A stretch of DNA of 63,694 nt, counting the filler, from Octopus bimaculoides (Eukaryota): the NCBI RefSeq assembly GCF_001194135.2. It is 8 parts of 8 records of this genome, joined end to end, with 100 filler letters (N's around TTAATTAATTAA, not from the genome) between each part and the next. Parts side by side here need not be neighbours in the genome. Positions count along the whole stretch, not along the records: positions 31,074 to 39,424 come from NC_069009.1; positions 39,525 to 46,040 come from NW_026378319.1; positions 46,141 to 56,272 come from NC_068988.1; 5 more parts are not named here. One strand, given 5' to 3'. Shown piece by piece: positions 35,764 to 48,550 of the stretch. Both the position numbers and the translations under genes were made by a program. The notes under the pieces are model-generated. The model made no database searches, was not told the origin of the DNA, and saw only the letters and a list, made by a program, of their open reading frames with translations. Every line of letters begins with the position of its first letter. The stretch's first letter is position 1.

Positions 35764-35768
<5 letters not shown>
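35592..35768. mobile_element. MITE with ~70-bp TIRs
   Basis: AATAGACACAATACATGTTTTTGTG..CTAATAGTTTCTTGTGCTGAGAACATGC is mirrored at 35698-35768. Confidence 0.75.
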
Positions 35769-35798
<30 letters not shown>

Positions 35799-36199
35799 AT
35801 TCTGGCACACACCTACATCTACATATGTATGTGTAAGTGTATATATGCACACACATCTCTCTCTCTCTCTCATGCATGCCTCTGTCTCTCTCTCACATAC
35901 ATGTTTCTGTCTCACACACACACACACCAACACAACAGCAACACTGTTATAGATAAATGCTATTACTGAAACCAATATGTCACCATCTCTGCTATCATTA
36001 CTGGCACTACCTCCACACTACACACCCTCACAACCACCACCACACCACTACTACTACAATCCTTATCACTCAACCTGACTAGAACAAATGTTACTGATGG
36101 TCGGTGGGGGTTGGTCGTTTGCAGGGGTCGTCGATACGGAACATCAGTAAATGACAGACTTACAAAAGAGACAAGGTAAGGAACATACCCGACCTCTAC

Positions 36200-36810
36200 T
36201 TTCTTCTGACCCTTGTTAACAATCCTTGCTGGAGAGTTTTATTGAGGACCTTTCATACTGACCCTTTCTGAACACATTTATTAAGAAACCTTATTAACAA
36301 TATTGCTGAAGACCTATAGAAAGGACCTTCATTAAGAGCACTTAAGGATTTTGTTGAATAATATTAGTTAAAAAACCCTTTTAAATGACTTTTAAGGACA
36401 CTCAATAAAGAACTTTTTCTCTTATTTAGGGTTTATTTGAAGAAACCCTTTTTAAGGACTCTTATTAAGGATCTTGCTGTGGATCTTTGAGTCAAAAGAC
36501 CCTTATGTTGCCGACCATTAAGGATCTGATTGTAGATCCTTATGAAGGATTTTGTTGAGAACCTTTGCTTCAAGACTCTTGTTGAAGACCCTTATAAAGG
36601 ACATCTGTTAAGGACCCTTATAAAGGACATCTGTTAAGGACCCTTATAAAGGACATCTGTTAAGGATCCTTGTTAAAGACCTTTATTGAGGATCTTTGTT
36701 ACTGAACCTTTTTCAACAACTCTTTTTGAAGACCTTTGCTAACCCTTATTGAAAACCCTTTGGGTAATGTTATGTATAACCCTTAAGAACCATTATTGAG
36801 GACCCTAATT
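36200..36810. repeat. Decayed 13-bp minisatellite with a perfect 26-bp x3 higher-order block
   Basis: GACCCTTATAAAGGACATCTGTTAAG x3 at 36587-36664, surrounded by degenerate aaggaccctt.tt units. Confidence 0.85.
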
Positions 36811-37304
36811 AGTTTGTAATGTTACAGTAGTAGTTGTTGTTGTTTACTCCAGGTGAGCCCTAATCCAGTTCACAATGTTCCATTTCAATCCACCCACGAC
36901 CATCCCTTCTTTTAAAGCATGTATTTAGATACATTATCAATGGTGTCCTCTCTAGTATCGGTAATTAAGGAGACTTGTTGCTGACTCTTGTTAAAGGCTC
37001 TTGTTAACAAACATTCCTACCCCTACATCAAGCTCTATAATCTGAATTTTAACTCAATTACTGCTTAATTTTTAAGGATTGGTGCTACTATTACTACTAC
37101 TGCTTTTGCTGCTAATGTCATTACTATGCCTGCTATTACTGCTACACTACAACTATCTTTCCTATTGTTGATGCTGCTGCTACTACTACTACTACTACTG
37201 CTGCTGCTGCTGGTGTTGCTGGTGTTGCTACTACTGTTGCTTTTTGAGATGTTGGCTGTTTTAGGACACATGTACACACATACATAGACAGAAACACACA
37301 CAGG

Positions 37305-37840
37305 TGTGGCTGTGTGGTAAGAAGCTTACTTTTCAACCACATGGTTCCAGGTTCAGTCCCACTGTATGGTACCTTGAGCAAATGTTTTCTATTATAGCCT
37401 TGGGCAAACCAAAGCCTTGTGAGTGGATTTGGTACACAGAAACTGAAAGAAGCCCTTCCTATACGTATATAGGTGCAGGTGTGACTGTGATAAGAAGCTT
37501 GCTTCCCTACCACATAATTCCAGGTTCAGTCCCACTGCATGGAACCTTGGGCAAGTGTCTTCTATTATAGCCTCAGGTCGATCAAAGCCTTGTCAGTGGA
37601 TTTGGTAGATGGAAACTGAAAGAAGCCTCTCTGTGTGTGTGTCTCACCACTGCTTGACAACCAGTATTGGCATGTTTACATCCCTGTAACTTAGTGGTTC
37701 GGGAAAAGAGACCGATAGAATAAGTATCAGGCTTCACAAAAAATGAGTGTTGGGGTTGATTCATTCAACTAAAAGAAGTCTTGAAGGTGGTGCCCCAGCA
37801 TGACCACAGTCTAGTAAATGAGACAAGTAAAAGAATAAAA
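37305..37840 (+). mobile_element. SINE family A tandem: 5' half followed by a full copy, CpG-depleted
   Basis: Two consecutive heads (about 37305 and 37471) and a single tail. Confidence 0.85.
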
Positions 37841-37913
37841 GTTAGACTAACACACATACATGCACAGATCAAAAAGACTTTCTGCTGTGACCATCTTATT
37901 AAACATGCCTGTG

Positions 37914-37964
<51 letters not shown>

Positions 37965-38269
37965 ACACCTTCTTCTTGACTTACCTATGCAACTTATGGC
38001 CGTTTGTACTTGCAACGACAAAAAATTTTTAAATAGATTTTCAGACATTGGGTCGCTGCACATACAGTAACTATGGCAGCATCTGGCAACGCAGGCCTCC
38101 CTCAGACCCAGGCATCCACTGCCTGCTACTATCTCTCACTCGCTTTCAAGCACCAGTTGTTTTTGAATGAAAATAGTGTTGGAAAATATAAATCTGACAT
38201 ATGACCAGATTGACTTACAACCAGTCAGTTAGAACGGAACTTAACCATAAGTTGAGAAGAAGGTGTATA

Positions 38270-38910
38270 TTTATATGTGTGTTTGTGTGTACATGTATAT
38301 ATGCATGTATAGATATATATGTGTGGGTGTGTGAGAGACATGTATATATACATCTATGTGCATGTATATGTGTGTGTATGTTTGTGTCCATGTATATTTG
38401 TGCATGTTTGTGTGCATCTGTGTGTGCATGTATATATGTGGGGGGAATGTATATATACATCCATGTACATGTGTGTGCATGTATATATGTATGTGTGCAT
38501 TTGTGGGGTGGCATGTATATATACAACCATGTGCATATGTGTGTGCACATGTGTGCATGTATATGTGTGTGTGTTTGTGTCCATGTATATTTGTGCATGT
38601 TTGTGTGCATGTGTATATGTATGTGTGCATCTGTGTGTGCATGTATATATGTGGGGGGAATGTATATATACATCCCATGTACATGTATGTGTGTGCATGT
38701 ATATATGTATGTGTGCATCTGTGGGGGGCATGTATATATACAACCATGTGCTTATGTGTGTGCACATGTGTGCATGTATATGTGTGTGTATGTTTGTATC
38801 CATGTATATTTGTGCATGTATGTGTGCATCTGTGTGTGCATGTATATATGTGGGGGGGGGGATGTATATATACATGCATGTGCATGCATGCATGCATGCG
38901 TGTGTGTGTG
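38270..38910. repeat. Purine/pyrimidine-alternating complex repeat, ~200-bp unit x3
   Basis: ccatgtatatttgtgcatg..gtgggggg.atgtatatatacat recurs near 38385, 38580 and 38800. Confidence 0.8.
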
Positions 38911-39524
38911 CAAGACAGCTTTCGAATGAAAGTAACCAAAGATGGGAAAAGAAAAGGAGGAAGACTGAAAAATACATGGTGCAGAGCATTCATGACCAAC
39001 ATGAGTGTGGCAAATATCATATGGATGTAGATAAAACTGCAGCCACCAGAAACCGATGGCATCCTCTTGCTATTCAATGTGTCTGTGAGCACAGGGGAGC
39101 TGATACTAATCCATGCTAGCATGGAAAAATAGATGTAAAGCAAATGCATATGTACACACATTGTTGCAGGCATGGCGTATTGCAAAAAGCTTGCTTCCCA
39201 GCCTCATGGTTTTGGGTTCAGTCCCACTGCATTGTACCTTGGGCAGGTGTCTTCTGTAACCTGGAGCTGATTCAAGCCTTGAGTGAATTTGGTAGACAGA
39301 AACTGAAAGAAGCTTGTCGTGTGTGTGTGTGTGTGTGTGTGTTTATGTCTGTGTTTGTCCCCCACCACTGCTTAACAATCGGTGTTGGTGTGCTTAAGTT
39401 CCTGTGACTTAACGGTTTGGCAAANNNNNNNNNNNNNNNNNNNNNNNNNNNNNNNNNNNNNNNNNNNNTTAATTAATTAANNNNNNNNNNNNNNNNNNNN
39501 NNNNNNNNNNNNNNNNNNNNNNNN

Positions 39525-39560
<36 letters not shown>

Positions 39561-40623
39561 TCTCACACACATGCATATATATGTACTCACGTACGCAAAT
39601 ATACACACCTATTCATTCGCATACATACCTACAGTCTTGCATATATACATACGTTCATACGAATATACATACATACATACATGCATGCATACATACATGC
39701 ATACAAGCATTTCTATGTGTATACATAGATGCACGCATGCAGGGAAGTGGGAGGCGAGAACCGTATATCGCATACATGATGTGTTCTGCGCCTTGTAATA
39801 ATATTGAAAATAAAAAAGTATTTAAAATATGAAAAACCGTTAGCAGTAACAACGATAAGAACTGTGATATTAATAGTATTTTAGTATTGTCTATAAATAC
39901 AGCAATATTAGTTAGTAGTTACATTTATGGTAGTAGTATTGCTCATCGTGATATCCATATCCATATCAGTAGTAATAATAGTAGTAACTATATAATTTGG
40001 AATAGTGGTTATGATATTGTTAATAGTTATGTGAACATGTTTGTAAGTATGTATGTATGTATATACACATATATATATATCTATATATGTTTGTGTGCGT
40101 GTGTGTGTGTATGTGTGTGTGTGTATGTACATGATTTCTATCATAGGCGCCAGACCACAAGGTTAGTAGAGGTGGGATAGAGAGTTTCTATTTATTTTAT
40201 TTAACCCCCGAAAGGATGAAAGGCAAAGTTAACCTCCCCAAGACTTGAACCCTTAACATAAAAACTTGTAACTAAATACCACACGGTATGCTGTCCGACG
40301 CTCTATCGCCTGTTGCAATACATTGCCTTAGTTATAATAACCATAATACCATCAACAACAACACTAGTAGTAGTAGTAGTAGTAGTAAAAACGGTCAGTG
40401 TCGTTAGAAACTGTTAAACAAGCCGAGGGCCTGGACCCCTGAATATTACTGGTATATACTTTATGGAACTTTCTTCGCCTCCAGGCGGATCCCAAAGGCA
40501 AAGTCGACCCTGGAGGTAGATATGGAAGGTGGTGGGAGTTGAACAGAGAAACTTGACACACTAAACAGAATTCTATAAAACGGTGAACCCGAACTGAATT
40601 GTCGCTCACCCAAAACCTACCTC

Positions 40624-40661
<38 letters not shown>

Positions 40662-40689
40662 NNNNNNNNNNAATAATAATAATAATAAT

Positions 40690-40907
40690 CCTTTCTACTA
40701 TAGGCACAAGGCCCGAAATTTTGAGGGAGGGGGCCAGTGGATTACATCGACCCCAGTGCTTAACTGGTACTTATTTCATCGATCCCCCGAAAGGATGAAA
40801 GGTAAAGTTGACCTCGGCGGAATTTGAACTCAGAATGAGAAAAGACGGACGAAATACTGCTAAGCATTTTGATCGGCGTGCTAACGATTCTGCCAAACTC
40901 GCCGTCT
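40690..40907 (-). mobile_element. SINE family B embedded in (AAT)n
   Basis: Reverse complement of the 31095 family. Other copies at 11635-11800, 25555-25750, 40190-40320, 43555-43790, 44040-44225, and a tandem pair at 58022-58440. Confidence 0.85.
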
Positions 40908-41195
40908 TAATAATGATAATAATGATAATAATAATAACAATAGCAACAACAACAACAATAACAACATAATGATGTACTTCAATGAGATGATGATAATAGT
41001 GATGATGGTGATAATAATAATAATAATAAAACTCAATAACAACAATAACAATGCGAAACAACGCTTTCGGACAGAGGTTCACGGGTATAAATTTTCAGGG
41101 TGCAGAAGTACAGGGGACTGGTACCTATTTGATTGACAGGATAGAGAAAAAACTCTAGGGGCTATTGGAATAGAATATATACGGTAAGGCAATCA

Positions 41196-41261
<66 letters not shown>

Positions 41262-41941
41262 NNNNNNNNNNNNNNNNNNNNNNNNNNNNNNNNNNNNNNN
41301 NNNNNNNNNNNNNNNNNNNNNNNNNNNNNNNNNNNNNNNNNNNNNNNNNNNNNNNNNNNNNNNNNNNNNNNNNNNNNNNNNNNNNNNNNNNNNNNNNNNN
41401 NNNNNNNNNNNNNNNNNNNNNNNNNNNNNNNNNNNNNNNNNNNNNNNNNNNNNNNNNNNNNNNNNNNNNNNNNNNNNNNTGATGATGATGGGGATGATTA
41501 TGATGATGATGATGATGATGATGATGACGACGCCAAAAATAAAAATAAAACCAAGCGATGCGGACATTAAATGGTTGGTAGCTAGTGTGATATATTTTTT
41601 CAACTCTGAAAGGATAACAGGCATAGATGGAGAGAGTGGGTACTGAACACAGAAGCTTCGTTCCTTTTTTTAGTTATGTAGATGAAAATAACTAAAAAAC
41701 AAAAGCTTTTTACTCGAGCCTCCAGTTATCTACACCGCGTTCCTATATATATACACATACACACATATATATATACATATATGTGTGTGTGTGTGTGTGT
41801 GAGCGTGTATGTGCACGCACACACACGCAAATACACACACACACAAATACATATAAACCGCTCTCTTCCTTTCCTTCTCTCTGTGCATATCTATGTACAT
41901 ATATACACGTATGCATATACATATACTTACATATATATGTA

Positions 41942-41979
<38 letters not shown>

Positions 41980-42792
41980 GATATATATTCATTATATACC
42001 AATACAAGTAGGCGAGAAAGAGACCTAGTTAACCAGCTATGTAACTGTAAATATGTATACTGATGCCCCTTTAAATGCAAATGTAAAGCCGAAGCCTTAG
42101 TACACCAAGCTGTTTTGAATTCTGATCATCAAAGTATGAACTGCACCAAATCATATATAAGAATACATGGAAGTGCTTTTATGACAAGGGAGACAAATCA
42201 AAATCCACCTTTAAAGTCATAAGTAAAACGAAATCCAAGTCCATTTTGAACTGTGCATAGAAATTAAAAGAACACTGCTTTTAAAATTTAATGATATATC
42301 TTTACCTAAATCAAAAAATATTTTGACGAAAGAATTTTCTGCAACCACTACAACGAGGAAAAATAACAAACATGAGTTATTCTAAATAGAAAGTCCGAGT
42401 TGATAAGTAAATGTTGTAAGAGGACGATATCCCATAATATATACTATATATGTTTTATCTATATTGAATAATAAAATACTCAAACCGAATTTAGCTATCT
42501 GCAGTAGATCGTTACTGATCCGAAGATACACAATAGACAATCCGGATGAAGCTAAAGGGACACATCATATAATTAATGGCGTATTAGTGACATTCACAAA
42601 GCTCACATCACCAACCATATTTGTCAGAATATGGACTCAAGAAATGAAATTGTGAGTAACGGGATGCAAAGTGCCCTGAAGTAAAGTATTTACTAATTCA
42701 TAACTTTATTCTATACTGCGTTTTCAGTACTATTTACTTTCACCATACAGTCATTGTGTTCCGATCTCTTTCTCCTTCTCTCTAGCTCTCTC

Positions 42793-42840
<48 letters not shown>

Positions 42841-43626
42841 NNNNNNNNNNNNNNNNNNNNNNNNNNNNNNNNNNNNNNNNNNNNNNNNNNNNNNNNNNNN
42901 NNNNNNNNNNNNNNNNNNNNNNNNNNNNNNNNNNNNNNNNNNNNNNNNNNNNNNNNNNNNNNNNNNNNNNNNNNNNNNNNNNNNNNNNNNNNNNNNNNNN
43001 NNNNNNNNNNNNNNNNNNNNNNNNNNNNNNNNNNNNNNNNNNNNNNNNNNNNNNNNNNNNNNNNNNNNNNNNNNNNNNNNNNNNNNNNNNNNNNNNNNNN
43101 NNNNNNNNNNNNNNNNNNNNNNNNNNNNNNNNNNNNNNNNNNNNNNNNNNNNNNNNNNNNNNNNNNNNNNNNNNNNNNNNNNNNNNNNNNNNNNNNNNNN
43201 NNNNNNNNNNNNNNNNNNNNNNNNNNNNNNNNNNNNNNNNNNNNNNNNNNNNNNNNNNNNNNNNNNNNNNNNNNNNNNTATATATACGCATGTATTATTT
43301 CTGTGTGTGAGCATCTATATATCTATACACTTGCTAATACTGTAAATATATTATTTGTTAGTTGGCTTCTAAATACATCACACATTTTTGTATGGTTATA
43401 ATGAATTTGATGATGATGACGATGATGATGATGACGATGATGCTGACGATGGAAATAATGGTGATAACAGTAACAGTAACAAGGAGGAATGAGAATGATC
43501 TTAAGAATATACAAATAAAAATAATCATATTAATTTTGATGTATGATCAGCAATTTCAGGGGAGGGCTTAGTTATCAGCTCCACTACTTGACTGGTATTA
43601 TATTCTGCTGACCCCACTGGACCACT

Positions 43627-43675
<49 letters not shown>

Positions 43676-44528
43676 CCCGAAAAGCAAAAGTAGCCTGGTG
43701 GTATTTGAACTCATAACGTAAAGAGGAGTCAGAAATACCAAACATTACTTATTCCGGCGCTGTAACGATTCAGCCGATTCGCCTTATAACAAGAGCAACA
43801 ATAATAATCTTTAAAATAATTGTTTCTAATACTGGAAAACCAAAAGACTTGAAATTTGGGAATTTAGTGGTCGGTCCTTTATTTTATTACCTAGGAAGGA
43901 TGAAAGACAAATATCTCCTCAGTGGGGAAAGCCAGAACAAATTCCACCAGGCACTGCGATTGACGGGACGCTTTTTTGACAACCTATCACCCATAAAAAT
44001 AACAATAACAGCTTAAAGTTATGTATAACCAGTAATTTTGAGGGGGATGGGGGAGGGAATTTGTCAATATCGTCGACTCTGTTGCTTGAAAAGTACCTTA
44101 TTTTATTGACCCTGGAGGGATGGAAACCAACGTTGGCCCTGGAAGCGGTATTTCAACCGAGAACGTAAAGAGACAGAAGTGTCTTTAAAAGATTTTTCCG
44201 ACACTCCAACGTTTCTGTCGCGTTCGTAAAAATTACTAACAGTACAATGAAAAATAATAGAAACTTTATACTCTTATAAATATTATGTATGACGTTAATT
44301 TGTCTGTAAAATGTTATCAATATTTTCTCTACTGTACCAAAATACTATATATCTCATTCTGTAAAAATAAAAAAAAAGAAATATCATAAATGTTATCACA
44401 TGCAGAGATAAGACTCAACCATGTACATACGCCCACACTCATACAATATACACGCATACACATAAAAGCGTCCATGAATATATATATATATATATATATA
44501 CAAACACACACATACGTATATATATATA

Positions 44529-44559
<31 letters not shown>

Positions 44560-44583
44560 GCAAAAATATAGATATACATACGT

Positions 44584-44614
<31 letters not shown>

Positions 44615-46505
44615 NNNNNNNNNNNNNNNNNNNNNNNNNNNNNNNNNNNNNNNNNNNNNNNNNNNNNNNNNNNNNNNNNNNNNNNNNNNNNNNNNNNNNN
44701 NNNNNNNNNNNNNNNNNNNNNNNNNNNNNNNNNNNNNNNNNNNNNNNNNNNNNNNNNNNNNNNNNNNNNNNNNNNNNNNNNNNNNNNNNNNNNNNNNNNN
44801 NNNNNNNNNNNNNNNNNNNNNNNNNNNNNNNNNNNNNNNNNNNNNNNNNNNNNNNNNNNNNNNNNNNNNNNNNNNNNNNNNNNNNNNNNNNNNNNNNNNN
44901 NNNNNNNNNNNNNNNNNNNNNNNNNNNNNNNNNNNNNNNNNNNNNNNNNNNNNNNNNNNNNNNNNNNNNNNNNNNNNNNNNNNNNNNNNNNNNNNNNNNN
45001 NNNNNNNNNNNNNNNNNNNNNNNNNNNNNNNNNNNNNNNNNNNNNNNNNNNNNNNNNNNNNNNNNNNNNNNNNNNNNNNNNNNNNNNNNNNNNNNNNNNN
45101 NNNNNNNNNNNNNNNNNNNNNNNNNNNNNNNNNNNNNNNNNNNNNNNNNNNNNNNNNNNNNNNNNNNNNNNNNNNNNNNNNNNNNNNNNNNNNNNNNNNN
45201 NNNNNNNNNNNNNNNNNNNNNNNNNNNNNNNNNNNNNNNNNNNNNNNNNNNNNNNNNNNNNNNNNNNNNNNNNNNNNNNNATATATATATATATATATAT
45301 ATAGTATACACACACATCAACACATACTTACATATTGACATACATGCAATCACATTGTTCTATAGAGAATTATAGAGTGATAGGACCGACTATTCATGTC
45401 TTGTGCTTTTCAGTCTGATTAGCTAAATATATTAATAAAACCAGAGTAAAAAAATGGCAACCGTACATCATACATTGAATGTGTATGTATGTGTCTATGT
45501 ATATACATAAATGTATATAAATATATATGAATACATATATTAACAGATATGTACATATATATAGGTACATACATACAATATATGTGTCTATATATGAATT
45601 AAATAGAAATCATACGCATATGCATACATATAAAAATGCATATACATATACATATATATATATACATGTATCACATAGCAAGACACACACATACACACAC
45701 ACTGACACATACATACATATATGTATATATAATCGTGTATGTGCGTGCGTGTACAGGTGTGTGTGTATGTGTGCGTGTGTGCACAATTTCATACCCATAC
45801 ATTACATATATGTATATACATTATATATACAATATACATGCATCATATGTGTATATACATAACATAAATATATGTAGTGTATACAAAGAAAAGCATGCGA
45901 CAGTGTTATGACGCATGCTTAGGACTGGTAAGATCATACTAAATATAGAACACCAGTAATATCTACGTTCCGTGCAATATACAGAGCAGCGTCTAAGTAA
46001 AGTTGTATCGAAAATAGTATATATATATATATATATATATNNNNNNNNNNNNNNNNNNNNNNNNNNNNNNNNNNNNNNNNNNNNTTAATTAATTAANNNN
46101 NNNNNNNNNNNNNNNNNNNNNNNNNNNNNNNNNNNNNNNNATATATATAGTTATTTGTATTCCATTAGGAACATGTTAGGATACAGTATAGACCTCGTCC
46201 ACCTTCAGAATAACCCACTAGTAAAGGTTGTATTATTATATACTTCGAACCCTAAAATTGGGCATTTGACGTGTGTGAATATAAAATTGAAGAAAGTGGA
46301 GTCAGGAAGAGGGAATACGTTTGGACATTTGTTTATTATTTGCTACAATTATTTTAACACAACGTGGTGAGAGGGATAACTTCCCTTGGCAAACAGGACA
46401 CAGTCGTGTGTCGATAAGCCAGCTGGAGGAGATGTCCTCCTGGGGCTAAAAGCAACAGTAGCATCCACCCCTAGGGGTCAGCCACACTTAAGTGGCAATA
46501 TACTA

Positions 46506-46535
<30 letters not shown>

Positions 46536-46540
<5 letters not shown>

Positions 46541-46647
46541 CGAGTTAGAAAACAGAGCAATCTAATGGATACATAATTTATTAATTGTTAATTAATTAAT
46601 AAATTAATTTGTATCCATTAAATCTCTTTGTTTTCTAATTCGATAAT
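46536..46647. repeat. 112-bp hairpin (palindromic mini-MITE)
   Basis: ~48-bp arms ATTATCGAGTTAGAAAACAGAGCAATCTAATGGATACA and its reverse complement, with a short AT loop. Confidence 0.7.
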
Positions 46648-47565
46648 GATATTCTATAATATTCTATATAATATATTCATTGAAGAAATATCTCTTCAAT
46701 ACATAATATATCAGACCAGTGTATTTTAGATGAAAATATCCCTATAAGGTGTTTAAATATCCTCATTGTGACTACATATACATACATACATACATTATAT
46801 ATATACACACACACACACACATATATATAGTGTGTGTTGACATCTGGTTCTGGTTTCTTTATATTCCTGTAACTTAGCAGTTCAGCTTTCAATACTGATA
46901 GAATACCAGACTCAAAAGATATATAAATACAGGGATCAATTCATTGGACTAAACTCTTCAAAGTGGTGCCCCAGCATGGCCACAGTCCAACGACTGAAAC
47001 AAGTAAAACAAAAGTTAATAAACACATTGGTAACTACTCACTATTAATGGACAGAATAATTCTACCTGAGTATAGATGACACATTCCTTTTTTCCCCACT
47101 TCTTTGTCGGGTGCTAACCACAATACCAATTAAATTATCAATTATCAACTATTATCTTAACGAAACACTCATATAGAAAAAAGAAAAAAAAAACTAGCTC
47201 CAACTGAATGCAGTATGAAATAAAATGAGGAATGTTTCCTTCATACTGATTTAAATATAAATAATAATTGATTACGCAGTATAATGAAGCTAATTATAAG
47301 GTAGACCGTGTAAGAAAGTAAAAGTGGTCTTTCTTTTTGTTGAATTGGAAACTGACAAAAGTAGTTGGGAATGGACAATGAGTCATAATACTACAATTAT
47401 TTAATGGTTACTAACATTTTACGAAAGACAATAATATAATTTTTTTTAAAAATCATTTACTGATATCACTTATAGAAAACCATTGAGGTTCTGTGATGAG
47501 TTGCAGCTGAAATCTCAAACCAACATCTATACAAGTCATCATCATTATCATCTTCATTGGTTTAG

Positions 47566-47776
47566 CCATGCAGCATCGGAACTGACCATATCAGACCAAA
47601 GTATTTTACGTAATTTTTCCAGTTGACTAGATCTGGCCTCTCACACCTGCTCTACATTGTAAAGATAAACAATCACATTATCAAAATCTCAAAGCTACAA
47701 GATAATGCAGGATTAATTCAAAACAGTGTGAATAAATAAACATTATATTTAACAGAGTAATCTTAATGCCAAAGGA
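47566..47776. mobile_element. Degenerate piggyBac-like (TTAA) MITE
   Basis: ttag|CCATGCAGCAT ... ATGCCAAAGGA|ttaa. A 5' stub of a related TTAA|CCCTTTC element lies at 13391-13445. Confidence 0.45.
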
Positions 47777-48239
47777 TTAATGCTGAATTTTCCATGCCTG
47801 CATGGGTCAGAGGGAATATGTCGAGGTAGGTTTTCTACAGCCAGATGCCCTTCCTGTCACCAACCCTCACCAGTTTTCAACTAAGGGTAATATTTCCCAA
47901 TGACTGGATGTGTTTTCACAAAAGACTGGAAACAAACGACACAGCTTGAATGACAATGGCACTCGTTTACAACTATTGCATGAAGTCATGGCAAGAAGAC
48001 AGTAACACACACACACAAACACAATACATGCATACACATCACAGTACTGACCAGACTATCAGATACTGTTACACATCACTGGTTGCAATGCGCTTTAATT
48101 CAATGACATTATCATCAGTTTACATTTACTACAGCAATCATCGTCATCATCATCATCAACCCTGGATATTACCGTCTTGAGTCCTAGAACTCACAGAGTC
48201 AGTTACCGGGTTTCCATGGTGTATAAACTGGCACTCTGT

Positions 48240-48550
48240 TGATTGTGACAAGAGTTCCAGTTGATCCGATCAATAGAACAGCCTGCTTGTGAAATTAATG
48301 TGCAAGTGGCTGAGCACTCCACAGACATGTGTACCCTTAACATAGTTCTCAAGGAGATTCAGTTTAAATCAAAATGTAACAAGATTGGCCCTTTGAAATA
48401 TGGGTACAACTTATTTTTGCCAGCTGAGTTGACTGGAGCAACGTGAAATAAAGTGTCTTGCTCAAGGACAGCATGAGGCACTGTCAGGAATTGAGCTCAT
48501 GACTTCATGATTGTAAGCCAAATACCTTAGCCACTTGGCCACCCTGCCTC
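48240..48550 (-). mobile_element. SINE sharing the family C 3' half but with a different 5' body
   Basis: The 3' part matches 10915-11030; the 5' part is ccttgagcaagacactttatttcacgttgctccagt. Confidence 0.75.

Noticed and set aside
36587-36664. CRISPR-like 26-bp repeats
   Set aside because: Head-to-tail with no spacers, in eukaryotic context; a minisatellite.
38201-39185. His/Met/Cys-rich ORFs up to 304 aa on both strands
   Set aside because: Alternating purine-pyrimidine repeats cannot form stop codons. All frames are open together and there is no domain signal.
43628-43671. 44-nt poly(A) as the tail of a processed pseudogene
   Set aside because: It sits in the middle of a decayed SINE B with no upstream ORF; more likely an expanded homopolymer.
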